From: an uncultured Phycisphaeraceae bacterium
GTDB taxonomy: Bacteria; Planctomycetota; Phycisphaerae; UBA1845
Reading direction: 5' to 3'
Length of the DNA stretch: 64,000 nt
Assembly (NCBI GenBank): GCA_964495075.1
Contig: CAZBUJ010000004.1
Span: 13,755-77,754 of the forward strand
Shown here piece after piece: positions 42,913 through 52,236 of the stretch (position 1 is the first letter of the stretch; each line of letters starts with the position of its first letter). A program made the translations under genes and the position numbers. Under the pieces are notes generated by a model. The model did not search any database, was not told the DNA's origin, and saw only the letters and a list, made by a program, of their open reading frames with translations.

Positions 42913-45900
42913 TTACGGTCCCGTCAGCTGGTTCAGGACGCCAGGCCAATCGCCCAGGTCAACCTCGCCGTCGTCGTTCAGGTCGAAGGACTCCAGGCAC
43001 GTGGCATCCGGCGTCTCGGCACCGACGCAGGTTTGGTAGCAGCCCATGTCGAACAGGTCGACGCGGCTGTCGGAGTTGCAGTCGGAGATCATGCAGCCGT
43101 TCGGCCGCACCTCGTAGCCGGGCACGGTGCCGGGGCAGACGTCGTCGTCGTCCGCCACGCCGTCGCCGTCGCTGTCGACGATCACGGCCGTGTAGTAGCA
43201 CTCGGGGAACCGCTCGCCGGACGCCCCGGAGTATTCACCGCCACTGACGTTGAGGATGTACCAGACACCGTCGACTTCGTACCCGACGGCCGCGTTACGG
43301 CTCACGGCGAACGGGTAGCTCGCAGCGCTCCGCCAGCCGCTCAGGTCGCCCGTGTCAAGATCGACGCTCGAGTAGAACACCGTGTCCTGCGGCGTGGCTC
43401 CGCTCAGACCACCAATCGCGAAGATGAACTTGTTGTCGACGACCGTGCACGCGTGCTCATAGCGGCCGGCCGGGAGTTCCTCGACATCCGACCACGGACC
43501 CAGCGAGCCGTCCGGGTTGATCGCCGACTTGATCACGTTGCTCTCGGTGGTGCCGCGGTAGTTGCCGGCCACCCGGTACAGGTAGTTCTCGGTCGTCCCT
43601 TCGATTGAGGCGAGCCCGTGGAACCACGACCCACGTGAGTCGATTTCCGTGGTGTCCGTCGTCTCGATCCACGTGCCGTAGTCACCACCGCCGGCTAGGT
43701 TCGAGTACCAGCACTTCGGCGAGTTCCCGAAGCCACCCGGATAGTCATACTCACCGTTGATGATGTAGAGCGTATCCTGAAACTGGCTCATGCCGCGACC
43801 CAACGCGTCCATCCCCGTACCGTCTACGTCCGGAGGAGGAATCGTCACGCTCGACGTGGTCCACGACGTGATGCTGCCGTCCGGATTCGGGGTGGCATAG
43901 TAGCAGGTGTCCCGGGTCGGCCATCCCTGGTCCCAGCCGCCCCAGAGGTACAGCTTGCCGTCCCAGGCGGCGCCGGCCATGGCCGCCCGGAAGCCGGGCA
44001 GCGGGGTCGTTTCCTGCCACGGCCCGATGCTGCCGTCGGATTGCACCTCCGCGTAATAGGCGCGGTCGGTGGCTTGCGGCGTCAGTTCCCCCTCGTAGGT
44101 GCGACCGCCGATCGCGTAGACGTAGCCGTTGAGGTACCACGCCTGCGTGTCGGTAATCCCCCACGGCAGGGGGCTGGTTTCGATCCAGTTCAGGCCAAGC
44201 GGCGGCTCGCCGGCCAGGGCTACCGTGATGGGACTGGACCGGCTGCTGATCAGCCCGTTGACCGTCTGGGTGGCGGTGACCACGTCTCCGTCGAACAGTT
44301 CGCCGGTGTTGACGCGAACGATCGGCTGGCCTGCCGGGGCGGTCGCCCTGAACGTGTCGTTCACGTACACGGTCACCGCGGATGCCACGGCACCCTCGAG
44401 CATCGACACGCCGTACACCGTGACCCGCGTATCGCCCGGCTCGATCGGCGACTGGACCGACGGTGCCGGGGGTACACCCACGCCGCGCGGATACGCTAGA
44501 TCGCTCGTTTCGCCGCCAATCGTCTGCGTGGCCGAGACCGACACGCCCTCGTCAAGCAGCGAACCGAGCTCGGTGAAGATCGTTTCCGTCGCGCCGCCGG
44601 GGTCCACGGGGTCGCCGTACGGGGCGCCGTCGATGTACACCTGCACCGCCGTGGCGTCGGCCGAGTGGCTAACTTTCACGGAGTCCTGCCCGATCAGGAT
44701 CGGCGCCGACACGACCGGCAGTTCCACGTCCGGATGTTCCGCTATTTTGCGAATCACCATGTGGAAGCGTACGCGATCCGCATCGTCGGGGATGTGCTCG
44801 CTCGTATCGCACGTCCACCCCAGTCGCTGCAGAATCCCGAACGCCTCACTCGGATCCGTGCTGGGGAAAGTCCAGATCATCCGCTGACATGCCGAACCGT
44901 CGAAGCTGCCCGTGCTGATCACCTCGGACTCGAAATCCGGTCGCTGCACGGTGCTCTGACCGCGGGCGTTCTCCCAGTGGTTCAGGCCGTCTTCCATGTT
45001 GAGGATCGTGACGGAGCCGATCTCCTCACCGCTGCCATCCTCGTAGATCGCCTGCACGCCGTCGATCAGCAACTCCCACGGACCCAGCCCGTTCGAGTCG
45101 GTGTCCGGCGGGATCGTGAACCAGGCGCTGTCCATCGTGTAGTAGCCGACCGGTGACGGACCGATCGAGCCGTCGCCGCCCGGACCGGCCACGACGACGT
45201 CCGGATTGCGCAGCGGAACGTCGACCACCTGCCAGAGGCCACTCTGCGCGACAACGGCCTGGCCCTGTGGCGCCCAGCCGCTGACGGAGCTCACGGCGAC
45301 CCATTCCCAGCCGGGTTCGGCCGTGCTGCAACTGCCGCTGCCGCTCTCGTCGAGCAGAATCGAGAAGGTGTACGGCACGGTGCCGGAGACAACCGTCACC
45401 GGCAAAGACAGTTCGCTGACCGACCCGTCCTGCCCGTTGCGCTGCGTGGCCGTGAATACCTGGCCCTCGACCGCCGGACTGATATCGAACACGACGTCGC
45501 TGTCGTCCGATACGGCGCGGGTCTCCACCTCCGCGTCGTCTCGATAGAGCGTGACCTGGTCGACCCAATAGAACAGATTCGTTACCGTGACCTGCTCGTC
45601 GCCTTCGATGATCGGGGACTTGATCGTCGGCCGACCGATCGGATCGGGCTCGGTGGCCTCGAACTGAATGTCGTCGATGCCGAGAACCACATTCTCTTTG
45701 CCGCTGCTGTGGACGTTGCGGAAGCAGATGGCCTCCAGCGTGCCACGCCCGGAGTCCGAAGAAAGAGTACCGTCACCGGTATGGCCGACGATTCCGCTGC
45801 CCACCTCGTCGCCGTTCATGTACGCCGTACCGGTGGCCAGATCAAATTCCAGAGCCTTGGGGATCGGGCTGACCGGCAACTGAATCAGCGGGATCGGGCC

Positions 45901-46626
45901 CTTGACACCGTTTGTGTTGTAGTACGCGCCGAAAACCTCGACGTCATCAATGCTGCCGTCATAAGTCGACTCGAAGATCCCGTTGTTGCCCCACGAAAGC
46001 ACCTCACGCTCGGTGGGCAGGCCCTCGTCGAGCAGCACGACCGTGTCGTCACCGCCCGGCGTCGACTCGATGAGCCCGTTCGCGCCAGCCTCGACCGCCG
46101 TCAGCGTTGACGTGTCTACGCCGACCCACTCGATGTCGCCTGAGGTACCGCCGTCGGCCATCTGGGCCGCGTCCGTACCGGTCTCACGAACGGCGATGCA
46201 GACGTAGACCGGGGCGTGGGCCGAGATCTGGCCGACGCTGACGTTGAAACGGACCCTGCCCGCGAGATCGAGCGTCGGGTTTGGCCGCAAGGCCCCATCA
46301 TAGGTGGTCAACCGCAGCCAGGCGTTGGGGTCCGTGTCATCCACCCAGGTGAAGAAAACGTAGAGGCCCGCGGGCTCCGATGTGAACAGCACCGCATCCC
46401 GATACGCCGCATTGCGGTCATACGCGCCGGTGCTGTTGGCGACGATAAACGACGACGTGCTCCCCGAAAACTGCGGATCGCGGAACATCTCCTTATCGGA
46501 CGCCGGGTCGCCGTACGAGCCGCCGAAATCGACCGGTTCCGATAGATACTGCCCCAACAGGGCGCCCGGTGTCAGCAATACCAAGGCTGCGACCATTGCA
46601 ACCACACCGCGGGTTCGTGTCATCAT
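42913..46626 (-). CDS. Giant secreted protein: conserved N-terminal ~900-aa module with Ig-like repeats + Kelch-type beta-propeller + TSP3/dockerin-like tail
   Basis: SD AGGAGGA precedes the MM start at 46626. Signal peptide MMTRTRGVVAMVAALVLLTPGALLG. Repeated ~85-aa units end in GD.V.ATQ. Kelch-like repeats include YVYAIGGRTY and KLYLWGGWD. The tail is DSDGDGVADDDDVCP...FDLNDDGEVDLGDW. Confidence 0.8.
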   Translation of the reverse strand: MMTRTRGVVAMVAALVLLTPGALLGQYLSEPVDFGGSYGDPASDKEMFRDPQFSGSTSSFIVANSTGAYDRNAAYRDAVLFTSEPAGLYVFFTWVDDTDPNAWLRLTTYDGALRPNPTLDLAGRVRFNVSVGQISAHAPVYVCIAVRETGTDAAQMADGGTSGDIEWVGVDTSTLTAVEAGANGLIESTPGGDDTVVLLDEGLPTEREVLSWGNNGIFESTYDGSIDDVEVFGAYYNTNGVKGPIPLIQLPVSPIPKALEFDLATGTAYMNGDEVGSGIVGHTGDGTLSSDSGRGTLEAICFRNVHSSGKENVVLGIDDIQFEATEPDPIGRPTIKSPIIEGDEQVTVTNLFYWVDQVTLYRDDAEVETRAVSDDSDVVFDISPAVEGQVFTATQRNGQDGSVSELSLPVTVVSGTVPYTFSILLDESGSGSCSTAEPGWEWVAVSSVSGWAPQGQAVVAQSGLWQVVDVPLRNPDVVVAGPGGDGSIGPSPVGYYTMDSAWFTIPPDTDSNGLGPWELLIDGVQAIYEDGSGEEIGSVTILNMEDGLNHWENARGQSTVQRPDFESEVISTGSFDGSACQRMIWTFPSTDPSEAFGILQRLGWTCDTSEHIPDDADRVRFHMVIRKIAEHPDVELPVVSAPILIGQDSVKVSHSADATAVQVYIDGAPYGDPVDPGGATETIFTELGSLLDEGVSVSATQTIGGETSDLAYPRGVGVPPAPSVQSPIEPGDTRVTVYGVSMLEGAVASAVTVYVNDTFRATAPAGQPIVRVNTGELFDGDVVTATQTVNGLISSRSSPITVALAGEPPLGLNWIETSPLPWGITDTQAWYLNGYVYAIGGRTYEGELTPQATDRAYYAEVQSDGSIGPWQETTPLPGFRAAMAGAAWDGKLYLWGGWDQGWPTRDTCYYATPNPDGSITSWTTSSVTIPPPDVDGTGMDALGRGMSQFQDTLYIINGEYDYPGGFGNSPKCWYSNLAGGGDYGTWIETTDTTEIDSRGSWFHGLASIEGTTENYLYRVAGNYRGTTESNVIKSAINPDGSLGPWSDVEELPAGRYEHACTVVDNKFIFAIGGLSGATPQDTVFYSSVDLDTGDLSGWRSAASYPFAVSRNAAVGYEVDGVWYILNVSGGEYSGASGERFPECYYTAVIVDSDGDGVADDDDVCPGTVPGYEVRPNGCMISDCNSDSRVDLFDMGCYQTCVGAETPDATCLESFDLNDDGEVDLGDWPGVLNQLTGP

Positions 46627-47108
46627 TGTTCTGTCCTCCTGGTAATTCGTGGATCCGAAGGGACACGGAGAGCCCCCGATGGTCAGCCGACCAGACATGT
46701 CGCACCCAATGGCTGACGCTGGACCGCTCCCTTCCAACTCCGCCAGCGATACCAAACATCGAAGCACCCTTAAGAATACCACAAATAACGTCCCAATGGA
46801 ACCGCTTTCGGCGGTCGAATCGCCCACCGTGCGCGTCCAGGCACCGCTGCGGCCCGCTCGCTGTACCGCCCCGCGGGACGCGAACATCCGCCACCATCGC
46901 CCATCGCTTTAACCGAATGATGACGATCCCGGTGCCAAGCGGTTTGCATTGCCCCGCGGCAACGCGGAATCACCCCGGGGCGCGCGGTCGTGAGCGAAAC
47001 CTGCCATGACCCCTTGTATTGCTGATCTCGGAGGTTGCGGGTACGTTGATGCAATGGAGGATTACGTCCTGTGATGAAACTCGATCGCGCGGAAACGGGA
47101 GGATCCCC

Positions 47109-49976
47109 ATGCGTGCACGTCTTTATTGTATATTGGCAGTTACCTGTGCCGGACTGTTCGGTTGTGTCCCCGCCGGCACGACCGAGCCCATCGCGCCGCC
47201 GAAGCAGGGCGACGCGACGTCGGCGGTCACCACCCCCCAGACATTCACCACCGCGGACAGCATGGACGGTTGGTCGTTCAATGACGGCCCCGAATGGCCC
47301 GGCGCGAAAGGGGCGCTCGAGTGGCGGCCGGGCGGCGGCCGGAACGGGGGCGGTGTGGCGGCCCTCTCGTTTGACTTCGAGAACGGCGGACACTACGTGG
47401 CCGCCTTCGCGCGGCTGCCGCAGGATCGCCCCGTGCGCGCCGTCCGCCTGTGGGTGCACAAGCCCGTGCCGAACCTGATGATCTTCCGGGCCGTCGACCA
47501 GGAGGGCGAAACCTTCCAGAAGGATCTCCGCTACGACTATCCCGGCTGGCAGCAACTCGAAGTCTCACTCGATGAGTGGCAGTTTTCCTGGTCGGGCGAC
47601 GGGAACTTCGACGGCTCGCCCCGGGAGTTCCACATCCTTGTCGAGAACGAAGGCGGGCAACGGTCGGGTACCGTGCTGCTGGATGATGTTCAGTGGGTCT
47701 ATGAGGTGGCGTCCGATCCAAGTGTCGGATACGCGACCGCCACTTACGCCGAATCCGAGTTCGACCGCGCGGATGCATGGCAATACGACGGCCCGCCGGT
47801 GGGTGGACGCGACGGTGGACTCTGGGAGTACGCGTTCAGGGACGATGCGCCGTATTGCAGGCTCGTGCGCGACCGCGGCATCCTCGGGCGCCCTCAAACC
47901 ATGCGCCTCACGCTGATCAGCGACGGGGCCGGTCATGAACTCAAAGCGACCCTGGGCTCGCATTTCCAGATGTTCGAACGCTCGCTCGGGACGCTCGATC
48001 GCAAAGGCCTGGTTACTCTCGAAGTTCCCATGGGTGACATGAAGACGTGGCGTCACTTCGCGGGCGAAGATGACGGGATTGTTCGCTATCCGTTTCGCCT
48101 GCTCGCCCTCTCTCTGCACCGGACGGCGCCGGGGGACGCCGGACGCCTGGTGCTGCGCCGCCTCGAGTTCGTCACGCGCTACGATCCGCCGGGCGAGACC
48201 GTCTCCATCGTGCCCGCCATCGCCACGTCCGACACGCCGGGCCGCTACGCGTTTCAGGCCGAGGTGCGAAGCCTGGCGGACCTGCCGCTGCACGGAACGC
48301 TCCAGTTCGCGCTGCACAACATGAACGGAGTCGTGGCCGAGACGGAAGTCCCTCTTGAGATCCCGGCCGGTGGGCGCCGCGTCATTTGGCAGCACCCGAT
48401 TCAATCCGACGCGACGATGATCGAGGGGCGCGTGCGATTTTACAGTAAGTCGGTCGTCAGCCCGACGGCCTCCGCGACCCTCGCCACGCTGCCCGAACCG
48501 ATCGGGGATTGCACGCTGGACCCGGACAGCCGGATGGGCGTCGGCATGTACCTTTATCGATTCCACAAGCACCCGCAGGCCGGGCCGTGGATGGAACGCA
48601 TGTGTGACATCGCGGCGCGGGCTGGCGTTAAGTGGACCCGCGAAGAGTTCCACTGGAATTGGATCGAACCGAAACGCGATGAGTATGATTTCGCTTTTTT
48701 CGATCAGCTCGTCGAAACCGCCACGAAGCACGGCATCAGTGTCTACGCACTCTGCTGCTACTGGACAAACTGGACCAAACCGTGCACCGACGAAGGGATC
48801 GAAGATTACTGCCGCTACCTCGAGACGCTTGTTCGCCGCTACGGCGATCGCATCAAGCACTGGGAGATCTGGAACGAGCCCAATGTGTTCTTCTGGTCCT
48901 GCCCGCGCGAGATGTACGCCGAACTTCTTACTCGCGCGTACGAAACGATCAAGCGTGTCGACCCGGACGCCCAGGTGCTGGGCTGCTCGACGGCGGGGAT
49001 CGACACCGGCTTCATCAAGCTCGTGATGGACCACGGGGGTCCGTTCGATGCCCTCACCGTCCACCCGTATCGTGGGGTGCTCGACCCATACGCCTTCATC
49101 CGGGAACTGCGCGAGACGCGCGAGATAGCAGGCGGCCGCGACGTCTGGATCACCGAGATGGGTTGGCCCTCCCACGTCGGCGGCCTGAGCGAGCGGGCCC
49201 AGGCGAACCACGTGGCCCGCACGTACGCTTCCGCGCTGGCATCCGGGGCCGCCCGCAGCGTCGCCTGGTACGATTTCCGGGAGGACGGCACCGACCCCTA
49301 CTACAACGAACACCACTTCGGCTTGATCCGGAACGATCTGACGCCGAAGATCGGGTACCGTACGCTCGCGGCCGTCGGCCGGCTCATCGGCACCGCTGCC
49401 CACGAGGCCGACCTCGACCCGGAACCGGCGGCGAGCCGAACGGCCGGGAGCGAAGGCATTGTCGCGTTTCGCTTTCGCGAGGGCGATCGGCGCAGCGTCG
49501 TGCTCTGGGCGCCGGATCGTGCCCGGATGGCGACGCTGGATACGAAAGGCGTGGAGGTGCGGATCCTCAATGCAATCGGCGAGCCCGCCCGCGCGGCCCG
49601 GGATCGCGGTCGCTATACGGTGGTGCTCGAGCGCAACATGCCGATCTACGTCATTGCGGACGAGCCGTTCGAGTTGCAGTGCCGCGAATTCCCGGTGGCG
49701 ATCAACCCGGACCGCACGAAGGTGCACCCCGGCGAGCGCGTAGAGTGGGGCGAACCGGTGTTGGATGCGATGACGCAGGCGCCCCGCGTTCGGTCCATCC
49801 CGCCGGGCTGGCGGCTGGCGGACAGCGCCCTGCAATCGCCGTTGAGCGACTTGGTGGTGCCCGATGACGCCGCGCCAGGCCGGTACACGGTGACCTTCAC
49901 GGTGCAGACGCTCGGGGGGCCGGAATTCCTCCTGCCCGTCGAGATCGAGGTCGTGCCGGACCTGATTCGCGGCTGA
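47109..49976 (+). CDS. Lipoprotein glycoside hydrolase, clan GH-A (GH5/GH39-like) with N-terminal CBM-like domains
   Basis: Met 47109 gives MRARLYCILAVTCAGLFGC (lipobox). The (beta/alpha)8 clan-A motifs are IKHWEIWNEPN (acid/base) and DVWITEMGW (nucleophile). The N-terminal jelly-roll-like segments end in TVLLDDVQWV. Confidence 0.75.
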   Translation: MRARLYCILAVTCAGLFGCVPAGTTEPIAPPKQGDATSAVTTPQTFTTADSMDGWSFNDGPEWPGAKGALEWRPGGGRNGGGVAALSFDFENGGHYVAAFARLPQDRPVRAVRLWVHKPVPNLMIFRAVDQEGETFQKDLRYDYPGWQQLEVSLDEWQFSWSGDGNFDGSPREFHILVENEGGQRSGTVLLDDVQWVYEVASDPSVGYATATYAESEFDRADAWQYDGPPVGGRDGGLWEYAFRDDAPYCRLVRDRGILGRPQTMRLTLISDGAGHELKATLGSHFQMFERSLGTLDRKGLVTLEVPMGDMKTWRHFAGEDDGIVRYPFRLLALSLHRTAPGDAGRLVLRRLEFVTRYDPPGETVSIVPAIATSDTPGRYAFQAEVRSLADLPLHGTLQFALHNMNGVVAETEVPLEIPAGGRRVIWQHPIQSDATMIEGRVRFYSKSVVSPTASATLATLPEPIGDCTLDPDSRMGVGMYLYRFHKHPQAGPWMERMCDIAARAGVKWTREEFHWNWIEPKRDEYDFAFFDQLVETATKHGISVYALCCYWTNWTKPCTDEGIEDYCRYLETLVRRYGDRIKHWEIWNEPNVFFWSCPREMYAELLTRAYETIKRVDPDAQVLGCSTAGIDTGFIKLVMDHGGPFDALTVHPYRGVLDPYAFIRELRETREIAGGRDVWITEMGWPSHVGGLSERAQANHVARTYASALASGAARSVAWYDFREDGTDPYYNEHHFGLIRNDLTPKIGYRTLAAVGRLIGTAAHEADLDPEPAASRTAGSEGIVAFRFREGDRRSVVLWAPDRARMATLDTKGVEVRILNAIGEPARAARDRGRYTVVLERNMPIYVIADEPFELQCREFPVAINPDRTKVHPGERVEWGEPVLDAMTQAPRVRSIPPGWRLADSALQSPLSDLVVPDDAAPGRYTVTFTVQTLGGPEFLLPVEIEVVPDLIRG

Positions 49977-50026
49977 CGACGATGTGATATTCTCCTTTCC
50001 CGTGCGGCGATGAGGATCGGTTTCTC

Positions 50027-50839
50027 ATGAACGCGCCGGTCACGACCCAAGACATCATCAACGGCCTGGTGCATATCGGCGCGGAGGGCAAGCGGCTCGT
50101 TGTGCATTCGTCGCTGTCATCATTGGGTCGCGTGCGGGGCGGGGCGGATGCGATCGTCGACGCGCTGCTCGCCGTGGCGGAAACCGTCATCGTTCCGACT
50201 TTCACCTTCAGCCCGGCCGCGATCCCGCCGGCCGGCGATCGCCCCGTGCGGAACGGCGCCGACTACGAGGCGGATCGGCTGGGTGACGCGAACCCCACGC
50301 CGTTCACGCCCGACCTGCCGGCCGCCAAATCGATGGGCATGGTCCCGGAGACTTTGCGGCGGCGGCGCGGCGCGGTGCGAAGCCTGCACCCCCTCAGTTC
50401 GTTCGCCGCGATCGGCGCGGACGCCGGTCGGTACGTCGACGGACACGCCTTCGATGATCCCATGCTCCCGTTGCGCCGCCTGCACGAGAACGGCGGGTAT
50501 GTGCTCATGCTCGGCACGGCGTTGACCTCGTGCACCGCCATCCATCTCGGCGAGTGCTACGCCGGCCGCCGGCCGTTCATCCGCTGGGCCAAACTCGCGG
50601 ACGGCCGCGTTTGCCGGGCGTGGGTCGGGGGGTGCAGCGACGGGTTCGGCAAGCTGGAGCCATGGCTTGAACCGGTCGGTCATGCAACCGTCGGGCAGGC
50701 TTGCCTGCGTATGTTCTCCATGGCCACGGTGACGGAGACAACGGTCCGCCGCCTCACTGCCGACCCGCACGCACTGGTCTGCCATGCATGGTGCCGACGC
50801 TGTTTGGACGCCGCCGCAGGAGGGCCGGAGGCGGCATAG
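50027..50839 (+). CDS. AAC(3)-family (Antibiotic_NAT) N-acetyltransferase
   Basis: LVVHSSLSSLGRVRGGADAIVDALL...VIVPTFTF, SMGMVPETLRR...RSLHPLSSFAAIG and TSCTAIHLGE follow the aminoglycoside 3-N-acetyltransferase fold pattern. Confidence 0.8.
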   Translation: MNAPVTTQDIINGLVHIGAEGKRLVVHSSLSSLGRVRGGADAIVDALLAVAETVIVPTFTFSPAAIPPAGDRPVRNGADYEADRLGDANPTPFTPDLPAAKSMGMVPETLRRRRGAVRSLHPLSSFAAIGADAGRYVDGHAFDDPMLPLRRLHENGGYVLMLGTALTSCTAIHLGECYAGRRPFIRWAKLADGRVCRAWVGGCSDGFGKLEPWLEPVGHATVGQACLRMFSMATVTETTVRRLTADPHALVCHAWCRRCLDAAAGGPEAA

Positions 50840-50840
50840 G

Positions 50841-50990
50841 ATTACAAATGACCAATTGCCAGATACGGATGAGGCATCGCGTATCACGGTGGCCGGCACG
50901 GAATCACCATAACTGGCAGAGCGTCACGACCACCCGACGAACCGGCGGATACGGTGCCCGACGCGTAGTCGGCAATCGGTGATTTGTAAT
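50841..50990. repeat. 150-bp element bounded by 20-bp imperfect inverted repeats (18/20) with AT-rich termini
   Basis: ATTACAAATGACCAATTGCC (50841-50860) versus the reverse complement of GGCAATCGGTGATTTGTAAT (50971-50990). Inside are two similar sub-hairpins, GATACG..CGTATC at 50862-50885 and GATACG..CGTAGTC at 50948-50970. TTTTT lies at 51001-51005. Confidence 0.5.
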
Positions 50991-51064
50991 TCGCAGCCGC
51001 TTTTTGTATCTACTGTCACGCGGGCCGACGAACGAGCCAAGGACAGCACCACTGCGGGGATCGA

Positions 51065-52147
51065 ATGATGGAACTCACTCGACGTGATTTCATGACCGGT
51101 GTGTTGGCCGCGGGGGCCGCCGCGGCGCTGCCGGGGCCGGCCGATGCCGCGGCCTTTCCGGGATCGAAGCGACCGGACGCGGTTGACGCGGTTGGCAGCC
51201 GGGCTTTCAGTTTCGTGCATCTTACGGACATGCACGTGACACCGAAGCGGTGGGGCGACAAAGGCTATCGCGCCTGCATCGAGTCCGTGGTGGACATGAA
51301 GCCGAAGCCGGCCTTCGCCCTGATGGGCGGTGATCTGGCCTTCGACGGGCTCTACACACCGAAACCGGATTTCAAAGAGCAGATCCGCCTCTACAAGGAG
51401 ATCAGCAACGGGTTGGGCATGCCGTACTACAACTGCATGGGCAACCACGACGTCCTCGGCTGGTCCGCCCGCCGCAAGGTCGCGGTCGACGACCCCGACC
51501 TCGGCAAAAAGTGCATCATGGACCGGCTGGAATGGGAGAAGAGCTACTACAGCTTCGACCATGGCGGCTGGCACTTCGCCGTGCTCGACTGTATCGAGCC
51601 CGTCCAGACTCCGAACGGGCCGTCCTACCGGCCGCGGATCGGACCGGAACAACTCGAATGGCTGGCCTACGACCTCGGGGCGGCCGGCGATCGGCCCAAG
51701 GTGGCCATCACCCACATCGCCGCCTTCTGCGCCATGGGCCAGATCAACGGCGATCCGAACCGCAAGGCGCTCGACGGCAGCATGGTGCTGGTCGACACGA
51801 GGGAACTTCGCACGATTCTCGAGCGGCACCGGGTCAAGGCCCTGCTCCAGGGACACAGTCACCAGATCGAGGAGTACCGGTTCAACGGGGTCTGGTACCT
51901 GACCAGCGCGGCGGTCAGCGGGGCCTGGTGGTCCGGCGCCTGGCTCGGCTGCGGGCCGGGCTATACGGTTTTCCGGTGCGAGGGCGACGAACTGACCTGG
52001 CGCCACCGGACGTTCCGCTGGGAGACGCATCTGGAGCCCGAGGACGAGCTGGAACGCAAGAAAACGGCCGAACACCGCGCCTTCCTCGAAGAGCAGCAGC
52101 GCCTGCTCCAACGCGACCGCGCCGGCCGCGGCAAGCAGCACCAGTAG
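51065..52147 (+). CDS. Tat-exported calcineurin-like metallophosphoesterase
   Basis: Twin-arginine signal MMELTRRDFMTGVLAAGAAAALPGPADA. Phosphoesterase motifs FVHLTDMHV, GGDLAFDG, GNHD and QGHSH. Confidence 0.85.
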   Translation: MMELTRRDFMTGVLAAGAAAALPGPADAAAFPGSKRPDAVDAVGSRAFSFVHLTDMHVTPKRWGDKGYRACIESVVDMKPKPAFALMGGDLAFDGLYTPKPDFKEQIRLYKEISNGLGMPYYNCMGNHDVLGWSARRKVAVDDPDLGKKCIMDRLEWEKSYYSFDHGGWHFAVLDCIEPVQTPNGPSYRPRIGPEQLEWLAYDLGAAGDRPKVAITHIAAFCAMGQINGDPNRKALDGSMVLVDTRELRTILERHRVKALLQGHSHQIEEYRFNGVWYLTSAAVSGAWWSGAWLGCGPGYTVFRCEGDELTWRHRTFRWETHLEPEDELERKKTAEHRAFLEEQQRLLQRDRAGRGKQHQ

Positions 52148-52148
52148 C

Positions 52149-52166
52149 AAAAAGGCCGACGCGGCC
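52149..52166 (-). terminator. Small candidate terminator after nagB
   Basis: The minus strand reads GGCCG-cgt-CGGCC followed by TTTTTG (forward AAAAA at 52149-52153). The stem is short (5 bp) with a 3-nt loop, so the call is weak. Confidence 0.3.
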
Positions 52167-52236
52167 CGAGAACCAGCCGCGCCGGCCGTATCTGCCCATC
52201 GCACTTCCTCTTTCGCCAGTCGCTACTCGCTGTTCC

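Noticed and set aside
50027-50839. AAC(3) gene as evidence of an acquired antibiotic-resistance island.
   Set aside because: Local composition matches the surroundings and there is no integrase, transposase or flanking repeat. The nearby inverted-repeat element has no target-site duplication and encloses no gene.
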